Assembly (NCBI GenBank): GCA_048940925.1
Contig: JBHLOC010000013.1
Coordinates: 1-30,878 of the forward strand
DNA length: 30,878 bases
Direction: 5' to 3'
Source of the DNA: Promethearchaeota archaeon
Lineage (GTDB): Archaea; Asgardarchaeota; Lokiarchaeia; Sigyniarchaeales; SOKP01
Made by a program: the position numbers and the translations under genes. The notes under the pieces are model-generated. The model did not search any database and had not been told where the DNA came from. It saw nothing but the letters and a program-made list of their open reading frames with translations. This document shows positions 9,041 through 17,767 of this stretch, piece by piece (the first letter of the stretch is position 1; the number at the start of each line of letters is the position of its first letter).

Positions 9041-11014
9041 TTATCTAACTGGTATTAACGGGGGTGCGTCTTTGGGTGGTGTTTCATAATGCTCGGTAAT
9101 ACCTGTTTCCATCCGCAGGGTGACCTCATCATCACTAATAAGAAGAAAATTGTCTTTAGCACTGTCGTAAGGGGTCCATGTGGTCTTTTTATCAATTTTT
9201 CCTTGGATATTGGGATCACCAGTTTTGGCAAATTGAACCCACATATCCATCATGTGATTGGCTATCTGATCATCCAGTTCATCAATACCTGGATCAGGCT
9301 GTTTAGCGCCTCCAGTTTTAGAAAGGTTCAATATTGTAACGGCTCTCAGAGCTACTCGAACACATCCAAAAACATACGGAACTTCGAGTCCATGAAATGC
9401 CACAACGCCTTCCTTTCGCCATCGTGTGGGAACGTGTCCAAAAAGGTAGACGAATATGTTTGATTGACTGTTTTTACTCATCACAATAGCCCAATCCTTG
9501 ATCCCCTCTATCATTCCGTAACCCATGTCTGTGCGATTGGCTCCAATAATAATGGGAACATCATTATGCTGTTTCTTATCAAATACCGATGTAGATTCAT
9601 CCAAGAGATACCAGTTGTCGATTGTAATCAGACTTAGATCATTAAAATTTATCTCTTGACTGGCTTTTACTATGTCCTGCCAGGATTTTTTCCGCATTTT
9701 TTTGAGTATATCCTTACCGTCCTTAATACCCAGTTTTTCCACGAGAGCCTCTCCTCGGGCTTCAGCCTCGTTCAAAAACTGTCCATGCCGTTCGTTTATT
9801 GACCATACCCCGCTTTGAATAATCGCTCGATGAAACAGCCCTTTCGCAAGGGGAGAAATGATCAAATAAAACGTTTTACCACCACCGCCGGATTCCCCAA
9901 AAATTGTTACACAATCGGCATCTCCTCCAAATGTGGAAATGTTTTCTTTAACCCATTTTAAAGCAGCAATTAAATCCAGCTGACCATAATTCCCAGAAAC
10001 ACCATTCTTGGATTCTGCACTTAACGCCGGATGAGCCATATAACCCAGTGGACCAAGTCGATGATTTACACTAACATGGATGACACCCTTGGCAGGAAGA
10101 GCTGTGTAGTTATAGATTATAGTGTTAGCTGACGTGGCATGAAATCCTCCTCCGTGAAACCAGACCATCACAGGTAATTTCTTGTTGCCAGTATTCTTGG
10201 GTGCAACGATGTTCAGGTTCAGGCAGTCTTCGCTTAAATTACCATGACTGGTCGGTCCCAATTCTCCTTGACCGCACTGATCTCCCCACTGAGTGCAATC
10301 GCGTACCCTTTCCCATGGAATTATTTTTTGTGGTGGTTTCCAACGCAGGTCTCCTACTGGAGGTTTAGCATAAGGAATACCCAGCCATGTATATGTATTG
10401 TTGCTAGTCGCGTAGCCATTAATTTTACCTGAGGATATTTCTACAATTTTGTGGCAGTCTGATTCTAAACGATTTGGATCTAAACTTGCTTCAAAACTGG
10501 CTTGGGCTGCTGAAGCATTTCGTATGGGTCGCATACCGAAATTGCCAGTATCCGGGAATAACTTTTCGGAATTCAATTTTCTCATTAAAGCCTTCAATAC
10601 AGGATCAGATCGAAATGCTTTGGGAGGCTGATTAAAATTTAGTTGCCCACTATATTCCGAAACAATTGTTGCTATATTTCCTGGAATTAGAATGCCATTG
10701 TTTATATGATATTCCTCATTTAACGTTTGTAATAAGATACATAAATTTATAACACGTTGATCACTTGAGTTCTCTGCTCCCGGGATGATATCGATCAAGG
10801 ATATCGTCTTTTTACCAACAGTTTTTCCGAGGATCAATTTACCAATTGAGAATACCAGAAATTCTCCAGCAATATAATGAAATTGACCTTTTTTATCTGT
10901 TATTCCGGAAAGTGTGGGAGTTTGATAAGATAAGCCTTCAATGGGAATCCCTTGAAACCTGCCAACCATTTCCTTCTTTGTGAATCCTTCACTACTTTTG
11001 TTTTGATTTTTCAT
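9041..11014 (-). CDS. type-B carboxylesterase (COesterase) with an extra N-terminal domain of about 190 aa
   Basis: WLGIPYAKPPVGDLRWKPP, SEDCLNLNI, PVMVWFHGGGF, GNYGQLD, FGGD..CVTIFGESGGG nucleophile elbow, AFHGLE catalytic His, FAKTGDPN. Confidence 0.92.
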   Translation of the reverse strand: MKNQNKSSEGFTKKEMVGRFQGIPIEGLSYQTPTLSGITDKKGQFHYIAGEFLVFSIGKLILGKTVGKKTISLIDIIPGAENSSDQRVINLCILLQTLNEEYHINNGILIPGNIATIVSEYSGQLNFNQPPKAFRSDPVLKALMRKLNSEKLFPDTGNFGMRPIRNASAAQASFEASLDPNRLESDCHKIVEISSGKINGYATSNNTYTWLGIPYAKPPVGDLRWKPPQKIIPWERVRDCTQWGDQCGQGELGPTSHGNLSEDCLNLNIVAPKNTGNKKLPVMVWFHGGGFHATSANTIIYNYTALPAKGVIHVSVNHRLGPLGYMAHPALSAESKNGVSGNYGQLDLIAALKWVKENISTFGGDADCVTIFGESGGGGKTFYLIISPLAKGLFHRAIIQSGVWSINERHGQFLNEAEARGEALVEKLGIKDGKDILKKMRKKSWQDIVKASQEINFNDLSLITIDNWYLLDESTSVFDKKQHNDVPIIIGANRTDMGYGMIEGIKDWAIVMSKNSQSNIFVYLFGHVPTRWRKEGVVAFHGLEVPYVFGCVRVALRAVTILNLSKTGGAKQPDPGIDELDDQIANHMMDMWVQFAKTGDPNIQGKIDKKTTWTPYDSAKDNFLLISDDEVTLRMETGITEHYETPPKDAPPLIPVR

Positions 11015-11020
11015 GGGTTA

Positions 11021-11050
11021 CTTATAATGGAAAGTAATATATAAAGTCAA
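11021..11050 (-). promoter_or_regulatory. candidate promoter of the carboxylesterase gene (TATA box, probable leaderless mRNA)
   Basis: TTTATATA at -31..-24 relative to the ATG with no RBS; overlaps TTGACT-N18-TATAAG. Confidence 0.45.
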
Positions 11051-11133
11051 CAGAATGTGATTTTGGAAAAAATTGGTTTAGTTCTTTATTTTAGATGGAT
11101 GATCGTTTGTGTTTCAAACTTCTAACTTAGGAA

Positions 11134-12093
11134 TCATAATCCTTTATCATTTAGGAAATATTTAAACCATTCAATAGGGAGAGATTTTTTTACTTTTTCT
11201 AAAAATTCTTTTATACTTAGAATTCCTAGGTCTGAAATGATTCCAGTAATATAATTCTGAGGTGTAATATCAAAATAAAAATTATGAACCTTTAATAAAT
11301 CAGTTGTTAGGTTTTTATCATAAATCTCTTCTATTGGTTTTTCTTCTATTATGATTTCTTGATTATAATGACTCTTTAAATTATATTTAAATGAATCAGC
11401 AACGGCATATACATCAATATTTTTAGCATCTGCCAATACAGCAAGAGGGAATGTTCCGATCTTGTTAATAATCGAGCCATTTTTTAAAATACTGTCAACA
11501 CCAATTAGAACTAAATCGATGTTATTGATAAATTTACCCATAGCAGCGTCAATTATCAAATTAGTCTTAAAATATGAAGATAATAGCTCAGCTACTTTAT
11601 GTCCTTCACACAAAGGTCTGGATTCTAGAATATATAATTCAAGGGGGTAATGCTTATTAATGGTCAGAAGTTTATTGATAGTTGAACTATAAGAAATCAA
11701 TAGAATTTTAGATTTTTCTTTTTCTTGAGAGGTTAAGAATTTACTGAATGATTCTTCAAGTGCGTCATATCTTTCTAATTTATCTACTTCAAATTGATTC
11801 AATCTTTCTAATATATTATTTTTTGTCATGATACTTAAATCATGGATTAAGTACCCTATAGTGTTAATTAGCGGGGCCATACTCGGACGTGAATCTATGA
11901 TTTCTTTTGATAAAGTAACAATATCTTTAGTGATATCAGCATTTTCAACCTCATATGAGTTTAATTGATTTCTAATAATAGCAAGAGCCTTATCTATTAA
12001 TTCATTTGCTCCAGAAGTATTATCCTGTTTAATGTCAGATAGCAATGTACTGATTTTTTTAGAATTCATATTATACTCTAATGCAAAAGACAT
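11134..12093 (-). CDS. eIF-2B alpha/beta/delta family protein (aIF-2B / ribose-1,5-bisphosphate isomerase-like)
   Basis: SGA, SRPSMAPLIN, ESRPLCEG, GVDSI...IINKIGT, NFYFDITP. ISYSST replaces the isomerase THC motif, so the catalytic Cys appears to be absent. The true start may be the second Met. Confidence 0.85.
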   Translation of the reverse strand: MSFALEYNMNSKKISTLLSDIKQDNTSGANELIDKALAIIRNQLNSYEVENADITKDIVTLSKEIIDSRPSMAPLINTIGYLIHDLSIMTKNNILERLNQFEVDKLERYDALEESFSKFLTSQEKEKSKILLISYSSTINKLLTINKHYPLELYILESRPLCEGHKVAELLSSYFKTNLIIDAAMGKFINNIDLVLIGVDSILKNGSIINKIGTFPLAVLADAKNIDVYAVADSFKYNLKSHYNQEIIIEEKPIEEIYDKNLTTDLLKVHNFYFDITPQNYITGIISDLGILSIKEFLEKVKKSLPIEWFKYFLNDKGL

Positions 12094-12098
12094 TCTAA

Positions 12099-13067
12099 TT
12101 AATAAAAATTTTTAAAGATGCGACAAATAGCTAAAGCTATCCAATAGGGTAAATCCTTATCTTTGGTCTTAAGCAATTTAAAATCAAATAACCCACTTTC
12201 CAATTGTCGATTGCTTATCTCTTCTATTGCTAATTTAATCTGAGGATGATCAGGTGTAAACCCCAGATGAGAAAGAGAATCCAAAGAAGATATTATGTCT
12301 GTAAACCAAAAAGGAAATGTGACTCGCGTCCAATATTCTTTAGTACGCCTGTCAGGATATTTATCTGGTTGAAAAAACCGTGAAGCTAATAAATACCCCG
12401 CTCTTCTTGCTTCTTTTCTCTCATTATAATTTGGATGAGCAGCAAAAGCTATTAAAACTACTCCAGTGACCAAATGAGAAAATGGTTTGTACTTTAGTGG
12501 TTGAAGTGTTTTGTCACTTTTCATTACCTCAGTCCATTTTGCGTTATGAGTTCTTATAGGTATTGCCCACCCTCCATCATCCTGCCGAACTGATAATAAC
12601 CATTTAAACCCTTTCTCTATACGAGTATCAGTTGAATATCCCGCCTTAATTAACAATTCCATAATAGCTGCTGAATAGTTCGGAGAATATTGATTGCTGT
12701 ATATCCCTCTAAAATCTCCTTCTTCAGTCTGAAATGAGAATAAAAACTCAGCTGCTTTTTTAATTGCTGGATTTGGTTTTTTAAATCCGTATTTCTCTAT
12801 TAAGATACCTATTTGACGATAAGTCTCGATTTGATTGTAATACTCCTGTGTTCTTAAGTCTTTTTTTCCACCAAGATATTTCCATGATCCATTTTCCTGT
12901 TGTTTGTTTAGAATTATTAAAGGAGAAGGCAGTTTATTCAAATTAGCTAATGAGTCTACTTTCTCATTTAATAAATCACGTTTAGAAAAATATAAGATAG
13001 CTTTATTTTCTAAAGATAATAGAGGAGTTATTGGGTCATACTTTAATTTATTTTTCCAATATCTCAA
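12099..13067 (-). CDS. prenyltransferase/squalene-cyclase repeat (alpha/alpha toroid) protein
   Basis: QW-type repeats QQENGSW, QTEEGDF, RQDDGGW and RQLESGLF; TTG start; no DDxxD or DxDD motif seen. Confidence 0.7.
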   Translation of the reverse strand: MRYWKNKLKYDPITPLLSLENKAILYFSKRDLLNEKVDSLANLNKLPSPLIILNKQQENGSWKYLGGKKDLRTQEYYNQIETYRQIGILIEKYGFKKPNPAIKKAAEFLFSFQTEEGDFRGIYSNQYSPNYSAAIMELLIKAGYSTDTRIEKGFKWLLSVRQDDGGWAIPIRTHNAKWTEVMKSDKTLQPLKYKPFSHLVTGVVLIAFAAHPNYNERKEARRAGYLLASRFFQPDKYPDRRTKEYWTRVTFPFWFTDIISSLDSLSHLGFTPDHPQIKLAIEEISNRQLESGLFDFKLLKTKDKDLPYWIALAICRIFKNFY

Positions 13068-13128
13068 GATTGTTAAGATTTCTTTTTTGTATATTTATAA
13101 CATACAATTAAATAATTATCTGACTAAT

Positions 13129-13629
13129 TTATTTTGTTATTTCATCAGCAGCTTTAATATAATCTGGTATAAAATGAGTTCTTAATAAATTTGAATTACC
13201 TGTTGATATTAAATTTCCTTCCAAGTCGTAAATCTCGGCAACAGCATGAATAATATTCCGCCCTTCTCTAATAACCTTCCCTATAACTTTCACTTTTTCC
13301 CCCACTTTTACCTTACCTAAATAATCAACATGAAAATCAATACTGATAGGAAATCCCTTATAACCTAAAGTTGCTGTCATCATTCCTATTGTGTCATCCA
13401 TCAAAGCACATTGCATTCCGCCATGTAATAAACCTGTTGGATTTGCCATCTCTGGCCTTATTTCAAACTGTAAAAGGATTTCACCATATTTTGCTTTAAT
13501 AATCTCTCCTTCTAACCATTTTGTAAAAGGGGGAACGGGTAGATCTTTTAAATTCTTTCCTTTAAAAGTATTAAATAATTTTATCATTCTCTCTGATCTC
13601 TTTTTACTTATAGTTGAGCGATTCATCAT
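13129..13629 (-). CDS. PaaI family (hotdog-fold) thioesterase
   Basis: NPTGLLHGGMQCALMDD signature, then the VDYL and GRNI strands. Confidence 0.9.
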   Translation of the reverse strand: MMNRSTISKKRSERMIKLFNTFKGKNLKDLPVPPFTKWLEGEIIKAKYGEILLQFEIRPEMANPTGLLHGGMQCALMDDTIGMMTATLGYKGFPISIDFHVDYLGKVKVGEKVKVIGKVIREGRNIIHAVAEIYDLEGNLISTGNSNLLRTHFIPDYIKAADEITK

Positions 13630-13816
13630 ATCTTCACGGTTGCTTTTATCAAATTTAGTCAGTTAGGATATTTTATAAGATTTTAGATATCTCAACAATG
13701 AAAAGTAATTTTAAAAATAAGAAGTTTAGGAGAACAAAATTTAAAAACATGAAGACTATTATAAATTCGAAAAAAAAGTATATTCATTTCTAATCAACTC
13801 TCTTTTTTTTTTTTAC

Positions 13817-13849
13817 ACATTAATGTTACATTAATGTTAACATTTAATG
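13817..13849. repeat. tandem palindromes ACATTAATGT x2 plus a degenerate third copy
   Basis: ACATTAATGT at 13817-13826 and 13828-13837, ACATTTAATG at 13840-13849; period 11-12 bp. Confidence 0.6.
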
Positions 13850-13941
13850 AAATTTCCTAGGACTTTCTGTTTCAATTTTAGAACTTATAAAAATGAAGTA
13901 ATAAATTAAAAAAAAAAAATATAGTTATTAAATCTTAATGT

Positions 13942-16011
13942 TTATCTACAGACGAAACCAAATCTTGAAATATGTTTAGATGAGAAACTATAATCTGCCC
14001 ATCCATATTCCATCATTGGACTTATAATAACTATTGCTTCTTCCCATTTATTATAAAACTGAAATCCTGTTTCACTTGAATCCCATTTAAGCCACATATC
14101 ATGTATTCTATAGTTAACGTTGTTCCATTTTGTTATTTTTTCTACTACAGTAACCATGAAATCAATTTCCCATGGTATATTCTTAAGTTCTAATGGAACA
14201 CCGCTCACACTTGCCTCTGCAATATACCAGCCTTCATAATTAAATGCCCAATCAGTCATATAACGAAAACCGATCATTACATTTTTCCCTGCGTAAGGAC
14301 TTAGATCGAAGCTCATAGGCATGAAATCACCACTCCATCCTGTTAATCCAGGTAAATTTTGTACTATTTTATTAAGAGTCGCATCATGATCATAAGTAGT
14401 ATATTCATTTTCTAAGGATACCCAAGTCTTACCCCCATCTTCAGAAACTTGTACAAAACCAAAATCCCAAAAATCTTCAATATCAATATATGTGTAGATA
14501 TCTAAGGTGGGATTTGCAGGATCGACATAAGCTTCACCAGCAAGTAGTACATTTATTATATCTCCTAATCCAGAGTACCAACCCGATTCTGTGAGAGTCC
14601 ATTCTTCAGAATCAGCATTATCATCACCATCGAAATATAATAAGTTTATGTATCCGACATCATTTAATCTGATATAATCAGAGCCGTATGGACCAAGTTG
14701 CCAAACTCCTGTATCATATACATCATCGTCAGAATAGACAATAGTATTTCCAAAACTCTCGCCTGTAGTCAATGCGATATCACCTTTTGAATCTGCAAAT
14801 ACATCATAAATCCTAAGTTCAGTTTCTAATGAATGAAGATCTATGGAATCATAAGAGTATTTTCCATATCCGGGACGATCTGAATCGATCAGGTTAGCAA
14901 TTCGCCAATCGTGAAATACTCTTGTAAGGGATGTCCACCATGGTAGCAACGCGTTAATTCCCGAAACTCCCCCTATTCCTGCTTTAACATAGTCACCCAT
15001 AAACGATTCACCATAATGGTCTGTTAGATAAAGTGCCCATAAATAGGATGACCCATAATCTGCTAGAATGTTAATATCTCCCTGATCTCCCCATTTAGTT
15101 AGAGAATTATCTGGAGTTTGCATGAAATATTCAATTTGGCCAACATCGATTCCATATCCGCACATGGTTTCAGCATATAATGAACAAGCTTCATTCATCC
15201 AATCATCATCACCAGGAAGATAATCATCATGAATGAGATGTTGATATTCATGAGCTATTGTCATTTCATATTGATAAGGAAGTGGTACGCCTGGTCCTAC
15301 TCTAAGAGCCCATTGATGTGAATCAATAGTTATAATATTCCTATCAAAATACATTTCTAATAATGGCATGTAAACTCCTACAACAAAATATGGGTACCAA
15401 TCATTATAATAGCCATAATCTCGAATATTTTCAACCAGAATAACATCTCTAGAGGAACCATTATAGTAATCTGGCCAAAACCCATTATTTCCATCATGGA
15501 AATCAGGAGTTCCATAATATGCAGTATCCTTAGGTAATATATTTGTATCAAATTCATGTCCTAGGTATTGAAGTTGACTATGAGTTACAACAGGATAATA
15601 TGTACTAGTTGGATCATTTCTAGGATCTCCCGCCGGATAACTAAGATCAAGTTCTTTCCATACTTCAGCTGTGTCAGATTTATATGTTAAATTAAATACT
15701 GCCCAGCTAACACCATAAATCGATCCTGAATCATATACTAACCATGTATTAAGATCTCCTACTTCATAATAAGGTGTCCATGATGTCTTTAGATTTGATG
15801 CCATTTCAGGAAGGGGTGGAAGTTCCATATTTTCTAAAAGGGGAAATTCTGCATTTCTTAATTCTGGACCAATGTCATAAGGTTGATATTTATATATATC
15901 TTCAGGTTCAGCTACACCTACAGTGACGAATATACTGAGAGGAAACATAGTAAATGCAAAAAGTATAGTTATTAAAATAGCTACTCTACTTTTATTCAAT
16001 TTTTTTATCAA
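13942..16011 (-). CDS. secreted zinc metalloprotease (immune inhibitor A/M6- or M30-like) with a C-terminal beta-sandwich domain
   Basis: Signal peptide; AHEYQHLIH (HExxH) plus downstream WMNEACS; C-terminal DIEDFWDFGFVQVSEDGGKTW...FDLSPYAGK...FRYMTD block; acidic and aromatic-rich. Confidence 0.8.
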   Translation of the reverse strand: MIKKLNKSRVAILITILFAFTMFPLSIFVTVGVAEPEDIYKYQPYDIGPELRNAEFPLLENMELPPLPEMASNLKTSWTPYYEVGDLNTWLVYDSGSIYGVSWAVFNLTYKSDTAEVWKELDLSYPAGDPRNDPTSTYYPVVTHSQLQYLGHEFDTNILPKDTAYYGTPDFHDGNNGFWPDYYNGSSRDVILVENIRDYGYYNDWYPYFVVGVYMPLLEMYFDRNIITIDSHQWALRVGPGVPLPYQYEMTIAHEYQHLIHDDYLPGDDDWMNEACSLYAETMCGYGIDVGQIEYFMQTPDNSLTKWGDQGDINILADYGSSYLWALYLTDHYGESFMGDYVKAGIGGVSGINALLPWWTSLTRVFHDWRIANLIDSDRPGYGKYSYDSIDLHSLETELRIYDVFADSKGDIALTTGESFGNTIVYSDDDVYDTGVWQLGPYGSDYIRLNDVGYINLLYFDGDDNADSEEWTLTESGWYSGLGDIINVLLAGEAYVDPANPTLDIYTYIDIEDFWDFGFVQVSEDGGKTWVSLENEYTTYDHDATLNKIVQNLPGLTGWSGDFMPMSFDLSPYAGKNVMIGFRYMTDWAFNYEGWYIAEASVSGVPLELKNIPWEIDFMVTVVEKITKWNNVNYRIHDMWLKWDSSETGFQFYNKWEEAIVIISPMMEYGWADYSFSSKHISRFGFVCR

Positions 16012-16104
16012 CTCTCTTTTTATTTTTTGTTAAATTATTTTACAATTCTCAATATTCATCATTGTACATTAAAATAATGAATATATTGGACATAAACTAA
16101 AAGT

Positions 16105-16129
16105 CTTGAAATTTTTAAAAAATTTCAAG
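16105..16129. promoter_or_regulatory. perfect inverted repeat with 12-bp arms in a divergent intergenic region
   Basis: CTTGAAATTTTT-A-AAAAATTTCAAG between the protease and acyl-CoA synthetase starts. Confidence 0.45.
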
Positions 16130-16327
16130 GTGCTTTCTGTGATTTTTATATCTGAAAGCTTGTTATTTAAAATTTTCCCTTTTGTCATTTAACAAAAATG
16201 AAAATAAAAAGAAAGGGATTTTATTCCCATCAAATTTATTCTATTTTGATAAAAATAGAAGAATGATTAATTTATTTTACATCTAAAAATCTTAAAGATT
16301 TAATTTTTTAGACAATTTAATGAAGTA

Positions 16328-17752
16328 ATGAAAAATCAAGGCCCAACAAAGTCAAACGTAAAAGATATTTCTTTTATTAATAATATTAAATCTGTAGCGG
16401 TAGTTGGTCCTTCAAAGAAAAGAGACTACTATTTTTTAAAGAACCATGCTGTGGATTTCAAGGGAAATGTATATGCTGTTCATCCTACTGTAAAAGAGAT
16501 TTCTGGATTTGCCCAAAATAAAATTTTTCCCTCCTTAAAAGAAATTCCTGAAGATATAGATTATGTGTGGATCACTGTTCCTCCATCTCAAATTCTCAAT
16601 GTAATAGAAGACTGCGTCGAGAAAAAAGTTAAATTGGTAAATATATTTACATCAGAATTTTCAGATTCTGGTACAGAAGAAGGGAATAAATTAGAAAAGG
16701 AATTGTTGAGGAGGGCACAAAATAAGGTAAGAATTTTAGGACCAAATGGGATGGGGTTATTCTATCCAAAATTAGGTATAGCATGGCGCCCCCAATTCCC
16801 CACAACCCCAGGTAATATAGGGTTAATTGCTCAATCAGGTGGTATGTGTAATATCGCAATATATGGATCAAAAGCTTTTGGAATTAATTTTTCAAAGGTG
16901 TTTTCTTTTGGAAATGGAGCTGATCTCGATTTTGTGGATTTACTATATTTTTTAAGTAAAGATCCTGAAACTGATATAATATTAGGTTATTTAGAGGGAA
17001 TCAAGGAAGGAAGAATCAATGATTTACAAAAAGTACTTAAAGAGAATAAAAAACCATTGATTATTCTTAAAGGAGGAAAATCAAAATCTGGTTCAGTGGC
17101 AGCAAAAACTCATACAGCTTCGATTTCAGGGGACAATCGTCTGTGGAACGCGTTCTTTAAACAAAATAATGTAATTGAAGTAGATTCTTTGGAGCAATTA
17201 TTAAATACAGCACGTTTGATAGATTATTACGACATTTTTAAACTTAAAAATATGGCACTTTGTAGTATTAGTGGGGGATATGGAGTAGTTTTAGTAGATC
17301 TACTTGAAAAATTTGGAATGACAGTTCCTTCTTTTAGTCTAAATATCCAGGAAAAGTTAAATAAAAAATTCTTTATGCCTGGAACGAGTCCAAAAAATCC
17401 ATTGGATTTAGCAGCTCATTTTTTTTTTAGTAATTTTGTATATGAAGTTATAGATATAGTATTATCAGATAAAAAAATAGATGGATTAATCTTAGATATG
17501 CCCAGTTTTTATTTATCACCTGTGTTCTCCAGAAATAGATATACACAAGATTTTGAAACTAATATGATTAAAAGCTTAAGTTTAGGTCATAAATATAATA
17601 AACCTGTGATTCCGATTATCCAACGACTGAATCGTCCTGAAGATAGAGAGAGGGTTTATAATAAATTAATGGAAAAAAAAGTCCCTGTTTTTGGAGATCC
17701 TCTTGAAATTATACCAATATTACAAAAAATTTCAGAATACAAAAGAAAATAA
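16328..17752 (+). CDS. acyl-CoA synthetase (ADP/NDP-forming) alpha subunit
   Basis: SVAVVGPS CoA-binding fold, RILGPNGMG, AQSGG, SFGNGADL, YLEG, AAKTHTASISG (phospho-His loop), SGGYGV, NPLDL. No ATP-grasp beta subunit in the window. Confidence 0.88.
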   Translation: MKNQGPTKSNVKDISFINNIKSVAVVGPSKKRDYYFLKNHAVDFKGNVYAVHPTVKEISGFAQNKIFPSLKEIPEDIDYVWITVPPSQILNVIEDCVEKKVKLVNIFTSEFSDSGTEEGNKLEKELLRRAQNKVRILGPNGMGLFYPKLGIAWRPQFPTTPGNIGLIAQSGGMCNIAIYGSKAFGINFSKVFSFGNGADLDFVDLLYFLSKDPETDIILGYLEGIKEGRINDLQKVLKENKKPLIILKGGKSKSGSVAAKTHTASISGDNRLWNAFFKQNNVIEVDSLEQLLNTARLIDYYDIFKLKNMALCSISGGYGVVLVDLLEKFGMTVPSFSLNIQEKLNKKFFMPGTSPKNPLDLAAHFFFSNFVYEVIDIVLSDKKIDGLILDMPSFYLSPVFSRNRYTQDFETNMIKSLSLGHKYNKPVIPIIQRLNRPEDRERVYNKLMEKKVPVFGDPLEIIPILQKISEYKRK

Positions 17753-17767
17753 GAAATGAATAAATAT

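Larger units (their letters stand above)
7897..11133. mobile_element. putative horizontally acquired island (no mobility gene seen)
   Basis: Lies between the two copies of the eIF-2B-like 3' end. Visibly GC-richer (spot counts: 29/60 G+C at 9781-9840 versus 14/60 at 11281-11340) and carries bacterial-type genes. Confidence 0.5.

Noticed and set aside
7765-11265. The duplicated 3' end as a diversity-generating retroelement TR/VR pair
   Set aside because: Mismatches are not adenine-specific, many are synonymous, and no reverse transcriptase is present.
12099-13067. A true squalene-hopene cyclase or lanthipeptide cyclase linked to the RiPP
   Set aside because: Only 322 aa, no DxDD motif or LanC Zn ligands recognised, and 13 kb from the peptide locus.
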